From contig OZ316894.1 of assembly GCA_973895155.1 (NCBI GenBank), positions 19,320,805 to 19,384,804 of the forward strand: 64,000 nt of DNA. The letters run 5' to 3'. A program made the position numbers and the translations under genes. This document shows positions 25,056 to 40,990 of this stretch, piece after piece; the stretch's first letter is position 1, and each line of letters begins with the position of its first letter. The DNA comes from Marsupella aquatica. Taxonomy: Eukaryota > Plantae > Marchantiophyta. The notes beneath the pieces are model-generated. The model had not been told where the DNA came from. It was given only the letters and a program-made list of their open reading frames with translations, and made no database searches.

Positions 25056-26359
25056 AGCGTAAAGCTCGTGTTGTGCAAGAGAAGGATGTCTCTTTGATGG
25101 ACAGTGTCATGGAACTGAGCATTACAGTAGGGTACCTTGGTGTAGATGTTCATGCTGAAGAACTGAACCTTATGAATGGATTGATAAGAGACCATTGCAT
25201 ATCTGGTCTTGTAGCATTAGAGAGAGGAGAACTAGAAAGTCATTTGCATATGCAAATGGTTGTGAGGGCCAGAACAAAGTCTGCTAGATCATTTGGTGTG
25301 CTTGTACGAAAATATATAGGCTGGCAGGGGATGAAGAATATGAATCCTGTAGGGAAAGTGATGTGTAAAAATCTTACCAATAGGCAATTACACACTTTTA
25401 AAGGAATGATTGGTTACTGTTTGAAAGATATGGGCATGGCTCATTTTCAGCATGCAATGTTTAATATCTCTGATGAAGATGTGATTGCAGGGAAACAACT
25501 TCATTCAATCTATGGACATGCAGATTTAAAATCTAGAGTGACATTGACTAACAAGAATGTTGTAGAGAGAATGTATGTTTGGTACAAATATAAAACTGAG
25601 AGACCTTTGCATGCTACTTTTGTTTCTACATTGACTGAAATGGTAAAATCTGGTATTTTTATACCGGCTTCTAGTTGGATAATACCATTGAATGGACAGG
25701 GCATGGAAAAATCACGAATGACATGTCTCTGGAAATGTATTGTTGATCCTTGTAATGTAACTAAATGTGAGATTGGATAAGTTTTTGACAGGAAACCTAG
25801 GACTGGCAGTTGGGGAAGATATCATAGTGATTCAGAACTTGGAGAGGATCCAGAATTGACCCCTAGGAGTACAGAGACAGAGCTCTCTCCCCAAAGGAGC
25901 TCTTTGAAGAAGTTGAAAGTGAAGACAGAATGTGATAGAAGGGTTCGTTTTGATGACATTTTCACAGAGTCTATCATTCCTGACAGGGGAGTTACATATG
26001 GTGATCCCCTTGGTGAGTATGTGCCTTTGAAAGATAGACAAAGGATTCCAAAGCATGATTATCTTGAAACTATTAATTTGTTAGAGGAGAAGAATGTTGC
26101 AGGAATGAGAAAGGGGAAAGAGAAGATGGAAGATGTGGAGATGGAAGATGTGGCAGAGGTGGTATTGTTATCCTCTGATGATGAGGAAGTAATTCCTGCC
26201 CCTGTTTTTGAGGACAGGGGCCAGTCCAGTGAGAGGAAAAAAGGAAAAATTACCTTATTAAGAAAATCACTTTTCAGAGTGAAGACTGAGCCCAGATCTC
26301 CTAGGACACATTGCAGGGGAGATGGGTTTGCTATGGAGCCCTTTCAAAATAATTGGTAA
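25043..26359 (+). pseudogene. Replitron-type HUH endonuclease/transposase, 438 codons with one in-frame premature stop
   Basis: Motif I-like LSITV; HUH motif ERGELESHLHMQ (HLHMQ at 25241-25255); catalytic YxxK GYCLKD (YCLKD at 25415-25429). TAA at 25778-25780 is followed in frame by VFDRKPRTGSWGRYHSDSELGEDPE and the 25856-26359 ORF. No Walker A/helicase motifs. Confidence 0.88.
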
Positions 26360-26482
26360 GCTTTTTCAATTCTCATTCAAGTTTCATTTGTGTGCTTGGA
26401 GTGGATGTGAGCATTGGGATGGGGGATTGGGTGTAGTGATAGTGGGTAGGTTAGGGGGGGTTCTTTGCTTGGAAGGCTGCAC

Positions 26483-26779
26483 CTCGGGGGTCTCACTATA
26501 TGGGGACCTCCCCATCACCTGCGATGTTTACAAGCCTCGGACCTCCTAAAATGTAAGAATTTTTTTTAATTTTTTAACCCCTATAAAGTTGGAATATTCC
26601 AAGAATATTCCAAAAATTGGATTAAAAAGACCTTAATGTTCTTATAAGTCTCAAAATTGAATTAAAAAGACCCTATTGTTCTTCTACAAAAATTCTTAAG
26701 TCTTCCCTTAGAACCAATAAAATGACCCTATCCTTCGTCGCACGTGATATGCCATTTTTGTGAAAGTGAAACCCCCGAG
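26483..26779. mobile_element. 297-bp MITE with 8-bp TSD nested in the HUH element
   Basis: TIRs ctcgggggtctcact and agtgaaacccccgag (14/15). Perfect TSD GGCTGCAC at 26475-26482 and 26780-26787. Inner inverted motif atcacctgcga / tcgcacgtgat. Confidence 0.85.
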
Positions 26780-27315
26780 GGCTGCACCTGCAGTTTGGGG
26801 TTCAATTCCCCATCAGAGATTTGTTCATTACACTAAAATAGTAGAATATCATATTGGTGGATTATTGATATAGGGTCCATTTTTTTATCACGTTGGAGAA
26901 GACGCTAGCTATTTCCCAATGTTTGAGAATACACTCGGCTACTTTCATTTCCATATTGGTGATTATTGATATAGGGTCCATTTTTTATCACGTTGGAGAA
27001 GACACTCCTTGAGAAGACACTTGCTATTTTCATTTCCCAATATTTGAGAATACACTCGGCTACTTTCATTTCCCAAGGAAACAGGGTGATATCCAAAATG
27101 ATTTTAAGGGGGTGCCATGGAACACTCATTTTCCTTAAAGGGGTAGTTTTAAAATTGGCAGCCTTGGTTTTATTAAAAATTATAAGGGCCTAAAATAATT
27201 CAAAGAACACTTCCATTTGATACTGTTAAGTACATTATCAATTACATTAATGCAAAAAAAAATTACAATCAAAAACATGAAACGACGCTTCACCATATAG
27301 CAGCATCAAAAAAAA

Positions 27316-27350
27316 TCAAAATAGGCTTGTTATAAAACTTCTTTACGGAT
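27316..27350 (+). repeat. Right terminal direct repeat (35 bp) of the HUH element
   Basis: Matches 21786-21820 with one mismatch. Confidence 0.95.
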
Positions 27351-27353
27351 ATG

Positions 27354-27490
27354 CTGAAGCAATCCAGAGAGTACACTTATTGTGCTTGCCTTGACTAATT
27401 TGGCACACAACACTCTTGATTGGGACATACCTATTGATGGTACCAACTATTCCTGTCTTTCATTGCTTGATAACCTAGTAATTAGTTTTG
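27354..27490 (+). pseudogene. LRR gene fragment, 3' continuation
   Basis: AEAI(P)ES then LTNLAHNTLDWDIPIDGTNYSCLSLLDNLVISF, continuing as AFNS after the MITE at 28060. Confidence 0.6.
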
Positions 27491-28050
27491 AAGGTATATG
27501 TTTAATGGACCCGCTCTCGACTGTTTCTTATCTAATCAATCCCCTATGTCAGACTGCCCCAATGGACCCCCCTTGACAAGTCCTTCCCGATAGTTATTGG
27601 GAAGAGCACTATAGGGAGATTTTACCAGGGTGAACTCTAATTTTCTCTCATATGAGCCTGTAGTCAAGCCAGTGGTATGTCGAAGTTGTGTCGAGATAAG
27701 AGTCGGTCCACAGTCCACGCGTGATAAGATTGAATGACACCGGACGCAGTCGTGGGTACTTTTGTGTTTGAAGACATAACTAGTATGATCTTTAAACATT
27801 TAGGGATTAGTCTCCAGCCGGGTCTCCATTTGTCTGAAGTTTAGAGGTAATAAAACTGGGCTGCTATCTCCATAATGTTCAGGTAGACTGTAATTTTAAT
27901 ACACGGCATGTCATGAACCACAAACTATCAAAGGGGGTTGATTGGGTAACAAACAGACTTTGGGGGGTCGATTGGGGCAGATCTGTACATAGGAGGTCCA
28001 TGACTAAAGTAGGAAACTGTTGAGAGGGGGTTTGATTAAGCATATACCTC
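27491..28050. mobile_element. Mutator-like (MULE) MITE, 560 bp
   Basis: ~90-bp imperfect TIRs (aaggtatatgtttaat...ctgccccaatggacccc and ggggtcgattggggcag...attaagcatatacctc). Perfect 9-bp TSD TTAGTTTTG at 27482-27490 and 28051-28059. Confidence 0.9.
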
Positions 28051-30229
28051 TTAGTTTTGCATTCAACAGCCCAAATGTAATCATGTGGCCAAAATGTTGT
28101 GGAAAACTTATTTTTCCCTTGAAAGGCTATTTTCGAAATTGGTCACAAGCACATGTTTTTACTGGATGGCAGTAATATAAGTACTGACTCTCAGAAAATA
28201 TTCTGGCTGGGAAAAACTCTGCAGCTCCAAAAAGTACATTTAATTAAGTTTTCATGGCCAACGACTGCAAATCAGGTTCCTACTATGGGAAGTTGAGTGC
28301 CGGACCCATTTCCTCAAATAGTATATTTTTGGGTTTCAAAGTAACCGCTTTTTGGAACACACAAAAAGCTTGGCGAGAACCTGGGCTTACACTAAACTAA
28401 ACCTAAACCCTAAACATGTTTTTCATGCCAGAAGGTGGTAACTTACTTATTTATTTCTGATACACCTCAATTCCAGGAGTACTAAGTCTTGTGTATACCT
28501 GTGTGTTGCAGCTTTTGGTCCAGGGCAGACCAAGGGGCAGACAAAGGTAGTGGCAAATGAATGCTGCTCAGCTGCTGCTCCGGCTGTTTTGAGATGGCGC
28601 TTGCATTTCACATCTACCTGCTGTCACACATCTTGATACTTTCTTGATATTCAACTTAGCTTAGCTTCTCTCAACTTCTTGTGCATAGTTGAGCAGGTCC
28701 TTAATTAAAGTCAAAATTGGGAAGGTTTTGGGTTCCATGAATATTTATTGGAAGTGGGGGTGGGACACTCACTACCACTCCAAGTGGCTGGAAACATGTT
28801 CCACAGCAGACCCTGGTTCCCACTAATGAGTTCACATAGTCAATGCCATTATTTGGGGTCTGGCTTTCAATGACATTCCGTGCCAAGCTTGTTGGTTACA
28901 AAATAAGCCCTTCACAGAGACCTCGCAAGGATGGCAAAAGAAAAGAAGTGGTTCAGTGTACATGAACCTGTTTGTCTTAGACCTAACTCAGCAACAACAA
29001 ATTGGATGGACTTTGTCAAAACTATGTCAGACCCAATTAAGGCTATGCCACATATTAACTAACCATCAAGACTGGCAAAACGTTTTAAGAGGTGGCTTTG
29101 AACACGGTTAAGGAGAATTTAGGATTTCTGTTGAACTTTTTATTTCCTCTTCTTCCTAGTGACAAGAATGTATAACCCATAGAGTTCTGTGACCTAGCTT
29201 AACAATAAAGTTATCATCTTTTTTGCAAACATCCAAGAAGGAGCCCTAAATGCAAGCTAAGTCAAAAGTAAGGTCAAGGTCAACACAAAACCCTAACTAA
29301 GAAGACTAAAATGTGAAGTGTGATAAAGTTACCGCGGCTCCCTTTGTAGTTCAAGATCAAGATGTGGAATGAAAAGTGTGATACATTTCTTGTACTTCTT
29401 TTGCAATTCCAAGAATGAGATTTGGAAGGTAGGTGAGATAAATTTCTCCAGAAAGCAGATGGAATGCAGAGAGAAAAGGACAGGCTTTCCCCACTTTCTT
29501 GGAGAAGCCTGAGAATTATTTGGGCAATATCATTTTATGTTAGCAATGATTTTATACAATAACACTATTATTCAATTGGTATCAATCAGTGCTTCAAAAT
29601 GAGTACAAACATGACTAGCGTTGGATTTTTATTGACTGAGTTATCCTTCTTAGTTTTGCAAAAAATAAGATATGACTTGTTACCAATCTTTGTAATGGGA
29701 AAAACCTGTAGTTTTGTATTACTTTGGATTCCCCCTCCTATATATTTGGGTACTCTAGGTCAACCCCCAAGTTTAGATCCTTTAGCTACAAATTTTGAGC
29801 ACAAACTTTTATCTGAATTATAACCTTCTAGGTGAAGACAACATAAGACCAGTATTAAATTGGGCTTCATAGAAGTGCAGAAATGAATGATGGAATGCTA
29901 AGAGGGATAAATTTATTGCACTTATTGTGGGAGTTCAAAAAGACTAGATGGAATGCCAAGAGAAATAAATCTCCCTTTCTTGCTTGCGCACCAGGAAGTG
30001 ACACAAATGCAAACTGGTAAATTATTGGTCTCCCCCTTGGTTTGGATCCTGTCTAAAGGCATCTGGATAAAATGACCTGATAATTAACTTAGTTTTGGGG
30101 GCTTATTAGTACTTTAGGCAAGTTCGAGATAGGATCCAGCAGGGCCCTAACCACCATACCCCTTCAAGCCCCATTTTTGGGTCCCCGGCCTTTAGAAAAG
30201 GGTCCCTCTATTGGATCTCCTGGGGATCT

Positions 30230-30495
30230 TGTCTCCCAGTTTTGTTCTTTGGCAGTCAGGCCCCTTCATTGGGTCTTTTCCCAGTTTTGTTCTTTGGCAG
30301 TCAGGCCCCTTTATGGGTCTTCTGCCAGTTTTGTAATTCTGCAGTCAGGCCCCTTTATTGGGTCTTCTCCCAGTTTTGTTATTTGGCAGTCAAGCCCCTT
30401 TATTGGTCTTTTCCCAGTTTTGTTATTCGGCAGTCAGGTCCCTTTATTGGGTCTTCTCCCAGTTTTGTTCTTTGGCAGTCAAGCCCCTTCATTAG
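30230..30495. repeat. ~42-45-bp tandem repeat (cccagttttgttctttggcagtcaggcccctttattgggtctt) x~6
   Basis: Directly visible. The cccctttattgggt / tttggcagt motifs recur at 51480-51830 and 55790-55860. Confidence 0.85.
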
Positions 30496-31607
30496 AGAAT
30501 CTCAAACTTGTTGTTTCCCATTTTTTCTCAGTCAGCTATTCTAATAAATCTACACCCACATTGTAGACTGAAACCCAACTTTCAGGCCAACTTAATCCGT
30601 GGGGTTTCAGGTTTGAGATGGGTTTCAGTACGCTCCCACAAGTCAATTAGTTGCTGATGCATTCTGCACAAAGCAACTTTTGGTGTAGACGCCTGTGTGC
30701 TAACACCCAAGTTACTGATAATCATGTATTGTCATGTATTGTGAGAACCTCATATTTTTGATCCGTGACACCGCCCCCCTTCCCCCGGCCTCCCGCCCCC
30801 CCCCCCTCCTACACACATGAAACCTCCTGGAATGAGGAGGCTTGAAATGCACTATTGGGTCTCCTCCGTTTGGACCCTGTATACCAATTTTGGTTTTTGG
30901 CACTCTAATATATCCTCTGGATGGAATGGGAATCTACGAAAGAGCTTTCCCACGCGACACCCCTTCCTCATTGGTGGCTGTTTAGTTGAAGTGGTCGGCC
31001 TTTTTGATTCGAAGGAAATGGAGCTTGAAGAAAAAGGGGTCACCAACTGGAGCTAGCAAAAAAAAGGGGTGACCCCACTCTTCGTTGCGTTGTTTGCACA
31101 AAGAGAACTTGTGCTGTGAGTCCCGTTCTCGACAGCCAATTATATTCATACTCATCGAAGGGGAATTGTAGGGCCTGCCATCTGTGATGGATAGTCAGTC
31201 GAAATTGGTTGAAAGTCGACAGTCAAACGATGGAGGTCGGCAGTGGGGGACGGGAATGCTATATAAGGCTGTGAATCCAGAGAGCTCAGCTCACATCAAG
31301 GATTTCTGCGCTGAGGTGGGGATCCTGGCAGTGCCTTATTCATCCAGAAAGTTGTGGCCCATCGAGAACTGCTCCGTTGAATTGTTCGTTTGAAAATTTG
31401 AAAACATTGGAATCGGGATTTTGGTGGTAAAGTCGGCTCAACCCAATTCCTTCACCAGAGAGTCATTCGGCGGAGAGGGACAATTCTTAAGGCGGGGTGT
31501 TTTGGACAAGGCAACGAAGAAGTGGGGACGTCGAGCTTTGGCAAGCGACACCCGGATTAAGCAGAGTGTCCAAGTTTCCACAGAGAGACGGAGTGGGAGC
31601 AGGAAGC

Positions 31608-36381
<4,774 letters not shown>

Positions 36382-39300
36382 TAAGGGAGCCTATTGATCA
36401 ACGGAGATTTTGCCCAGATGAAATTGCAATGAGGGAAGTACGAGCCTGCCAATTGCCCAGTGACAAGCCACTGACCTGATGCTAATCAACATCAGATTCA
36501 CGGCTCAGTACCTTGACTAGAAAGTGGAAGATCAGTGGTCTATTGCCAAGAAGCTCTGTGGAGTAGCTAGATCAGGTTGCGATTCCGATTTGGGCAGTTC
36601 CACGAACACTCTTCTCATGTGATTACAACTTCCATTGTTGTCAAAATAAGAACTCTTTACCTCCCTTCAACTTAAAGTTGTCTAGCGATTTGCGCACTGA
36701 TCTATAATAAAAGGCCATGAATTCTCAATATGCGAGGCTCGACAAAAGCCGCAATTGATCATTGGCTTGAGGAAGAGACAATCTTCTAATTTCGGGATTC
36801 CGGATGTACACTTCCACTATGATCTTGTGGATACCAAAATTCAAAGTTGTCAATTGTGGCTTTTGTCACTCTAAAGAACTTCGAGACTAATACTAATCTC
36901 ATAACTCCATTTGCAACCTTCCAACTTTGGTTCCAAGCCGCCTGTGCATACTGGTGAGGACAAAAATGAACAAGCCATGTCTTTTTAACTCAGCTCCAAG
37001 CATCTGTAAAGTGGAACATATCACATTGATTGCGGCACTAGGTCTGGCAGAAATTGGTTTTGTCAGGAGCCAGAGTCCCTGCCCATGTTGGTCCAATGCC
37101 TGGGATAGGTTGACAAGGTTCTGCTGGAATGATTCAGCAAAGTACAGCACAGTACTGACAAGCTGATTTAATCAATGGGCAAAGTTAGAAGGAAGGCATG
37201 ACGTCATCGTTACATCTTGAGGCACTGTTGCCTTTTCTAAAACAACAATAATAAAGGGGGAATGCATGATGCCCTGTATTTCTTCAACGGTAAAAATGTG
37301 AATCTCTTACCTTCTCAGAAGGCTTACCCTAAATGTAGCAACAATGGGCATTTAAAGTGGTTGGCCAGGTGACAGCATTGACAAACTTGTTGGCTGTTGA
37401 GTGCATTGCTGTGTTTAGTCTACAAAATAATGTCATGTGAAAATCGCTACAAGAAGTCTGTGAATGATGTGTTTGGTGTGCAAATATCATATGCAACCTC
37501 TACATTAGAGCATACGCACACCCCACCCTCCATCAGGGTCTAGCCAGTTATCTACAGCGTCTCTTGGAGCATGGACATTTTTCTAGTTGCACTGGTTACT
37601 GGTATCCTTATATTTTTTCCAGGACAGGTCACTGGAGGAAATGCAGACTAGAAAATCAGGCATTTTGTCGATCAGCAAAAAGGTTTTCTCATCCTTGCCA
37701 AACTCCATTGTAGCATTGCCACACGCTCGAATTGAAGAAGAATTTTCCCTTTCCCTCCGTACTCTGCGCAATACACATCGCAACCACCCTGTGCTTTGTG
37801 ACAGGAGCATGCCCAAATGGCAGCCACTGGTGCATGACAATTTTTTGTCTGGGAGAGCTCAACAATCCCGGCCTGCATTGTAGTCTCTCAACAAGGGCCC
37901 CAGGTAAACTGGCGCGGCTGCTCTAAGTGGCAGAAAAGATTCAACAGACAGTCTACAAAAGTGAAATGCGCCATTATGCTAGACTGCTCCTGATCGATGA
38001 TGAACTTGGCAGTCCCCACCTTATAAGCACCTGCAGTCTGGTCCTTTGACAGAGTGATCTGGATGTCCTAGTGCAAAGGACTTCATCAATCTAGTCCTTG
38101 ACAATGTCATGTGTACTTAATGTTACCAGAATGATGCCTTCTTGTAGCCAGCACGTTATTAAGAGGACAGACGGACAGAATGATAGCATGTGAACATTGA
38201 AACGAATCCTGATGAATCTCATGTTGAAAGGGACACAATGACTGGTCCAACCTCTACACATTGCACCAGACTATTTAATGTTGGTAATTTTGGCCAATTT
38301 GTTATCTTATACTTTCGCAAGCTACATAAGCAGTGGCAGCAAAGGAGGAGAAGGGTGCCTCATGAGCATATTCAGATAGTTTTGTAAGATATCAACGACA
38401 TTCCACAGCCATTTATCAGCTATCGCTTGCAGTGGGCACTAATATGCCTCATTGGAAGCTTTGCACAAAGCTAGAAACAATAGGGTGTAATATATTACAC
38501 AGAAAGAGCCTTTGTTGAGACTGGAACCTGGGGCCTTTGTTTAGGGTTTAGGTAAACCCTAAATACAAGAGCAATCCAAAGAAAACAAACTCAAAAGAAG
38601 CAAGTGTAAGCCTGAAAAAGGGGGGGGGGGGGGGAACCTAGAAGATGTGTATGTTCAAGTTGGGCATTTAGTCTCTACTTTAGATGTTGATAACTACTGT
38701 AGTACCTAGGGTTGTGTAATATTTGACCCGTATAGGTTTTTCCAACCACTTTCTTCCTGGGTTTTCTCTTGGGCCTCTCTTGTACTTTTTTCCCTTTTGA
38801 GTAAGCTGTATTTACAAATTTTCGAAAATAAAACTTTAAAAATTCTGGCACCAAAATTGTCCAATACCGCTCTATAAGAGGGTTGCTTGCCAAATCTAGT
38901 GGTTCAGACTAAATCAAGGAAAACTGAACGGTTAGCATATATTTGTCAGTGAGTACTTAGTAGATATTTCTCCTGCAGAAGCCTTACCTGCTCCCAAAAA
39001 TGACTAAAAAATGCTGCGCCATTGCATGCTGATGTACCTTCTCCTACAACTGACTGCATTAGAGCTGCCACTCTGAAGGCAGGAATTCAATGCAGAAAAA
39101 GATTGACCTGGGTTCTGATCCAACTTAAGGGGCCTCCACTTTTTTGCTACCGTTTAGAAAAATTAATAGAAGCCCACCAGAGGGGGCGATAGTTTCTTCC
39201 ACTGATTTTTGTGAACAGGATTCATTATGTATTAGCAAAATCTGGTTTCCAAAACTGAAACTAACTCCCGAACTAACTATGTTTACATTTGGTCACATCA

Positions 39301-40275
39301 TTGTGGCCTACCGTTGCTGCCTGTCAAAGTAGATTAAATTTATGGCAACTGACAACTTTCCTTAAGACTTGTACACTGACATAATCTAACAATAGGCTTT
39401 TCCTTCTTCCCCCCCCCCCCCTATGTCCACGAGGGAGCCTTTTTATTTTCCTTAACATTCCAAATTCTAAACTTGACATGACAAATTGAAGTAAATGGGT
39501 GTAATCAAAACAGATTAAATTTTTGATTTGGGAGAAAAGTGAACGCAAGACAAATCAATGCCAGCGCGTGGGTACAAAAGCCACCCAGGAAGGAACACCA
39601 CCGGCAAGACCACTGGTTGCTGCCGGGAGAGCTGGCCCAACCAACCCAAAGGAATTCAAAACTAGTCAGGCCATAAGATTTTGAACAAGCACCTGATGGT
39701 GACCAGCTCAAGATCCTACTACTTAGTCCTCCTAAACTTCCCACTGCTATCCTAAGTTTGGGTGCTACCAAAATTCTGACATTGGTACTAATCAAAATTA
39801 ACAAATAAGAGTCCCAGTCCCAATCAGCTTTCTGGGACTAATATTCTTTGCAATTGCACGCTAGTGAAATGAGAGGAATAAACCTTGGTACCTGGGAACA
39901 CACAAATTCTGACTAAGAGATGACCCCAACCCAAAGTAACTTGGGCATACTAGAAGCTAAGAAAAGTTCCCTGGAAAGGAGATTTTATCAGCAAACACAG
40001 TCCCAGTCCAACATAATCAAAGTTTAGCAAATTAGCTACCTCTACTCTGAACCTAAACTTGACTTGCGCGCACTTCCTCTTTTTTCTTTCAATTAGTGGA
40101 CAGGCACACCCTACACTTTTTCTGCACCATAGCATTACTCCAATTACAATGCATGATTCTTTCTAACTGTAAATATGTTTCCTACTCTTAACCTAACCTT
40201 GACTTGCACTTTAGAGTAAACCTTCCTGTCTAACCTTGTGTTCATTCTTGCTCATTCTCCACTTACCATTACAGC

Positions 40276-40549
40276 CAGTGATTTTTTTGTCACTTGGCAA
40301 ATATTTGCCAAAATCTTTCTGCCTGCTGGACTGGCGAATTATTTAAAGAAAATTTGGGGGAAGCATATTCCACCAAATTTGCAGATCTGACAGCTTTCCT
40401 TTAAATCAGGGAAGAACTCAGGGCAATCCATAATTTGACGAATATTGTCTGAGTAAATATTGGGTGGGTCTCTCCTATTTTTCCTCCCAGACCCTCGAGG
40501 CAATCGCCAGGTTCTATCCCTCACACAAACCCCCAGAAAAACATCACTG
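40276..40549. mobile_element. hAT-type MITE, 274 bp
   Basis: TIRs cagtgattttttt and aaaaacatcactg (12/13). 8-bp TSD attacagc (40268-40275) / cttacagc (40550-40557), 7/8 identical. Confidence 0.7.
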
Positions 40550-40614
40550 CTTACAGCTGTAAATAGTAAGGCTCTCACTTCAAGTCACGTTCCCCTTTCC
40601 CCAATAAGTTTACT

Positions 40615-40990
40615 TCCTATTTACTACTACTCTACAAGAACTCCCTACCTGTAATAATGCAAAAGGGAGTAAAGCCTCGAGGTGCTACCCTATGTAGTTC
40701 TCTACACGAACTCCCTGTCCCTCCCTCTAGGCCTGTAATGCACATGGCAAGTTAAGCCTCCAGACATGCCCTATTTACTCCTATCCACGACCTTACCTGT
40801 AATCCACACGGTGTGTAAAGCCTCCGGACAGTGCCCTGTTTACTCCTACTCTACCAGAACTCCCTCCCTGTAATACACAAGGCGAGTAAAGCCGTGCCCT
40901 GTTTACTTCTACTCTACAAGAACTCCCCCCTGTAATACACACAAGAGAAACGCAATACTGCTATATTTACTACACTGTACCTGTAACACG
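40615..40990. repeat. Degenerate ~60-75-bp tandem repeat (tttactcctactctacaagaactccc...cctgtaat...gtaaagcc)
   Basis: Recurrent motifs over about 5-6 units. Confidence 0.7.

Larger units (their letters stand above)
21786..27350 (+). mobile_element. Replitron-like HUH-endonuclease transposon bounded by 35-bp direct repeats
   Basis: Direct repeats tcaaaataggcttgttataaaac[a/t]tctttacggat at 21786-21820 and 27316-27350. Encodes a Rep-like HUH domain (HLHMQ, YCLKD) with no helicase. No TIRs. It interrupts an LRR pseudogene. Confidence 0.85.

Noticed and set aside
25028-26359. Helitron or endogenous geminivirus/CRESS virus
   Set aside because: No PIF1 or SF3 helicase motifs, no capsid ORF, no 5'-TC/CTAG-3' Helitron ends, and no TAATATTAC-type origin seen.
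36890-38400. Coding-looking region downstream of ADH
   Set aside because: The frames I translated are interrupted by stops and show no recognisable motif; cannot assign without a database search.
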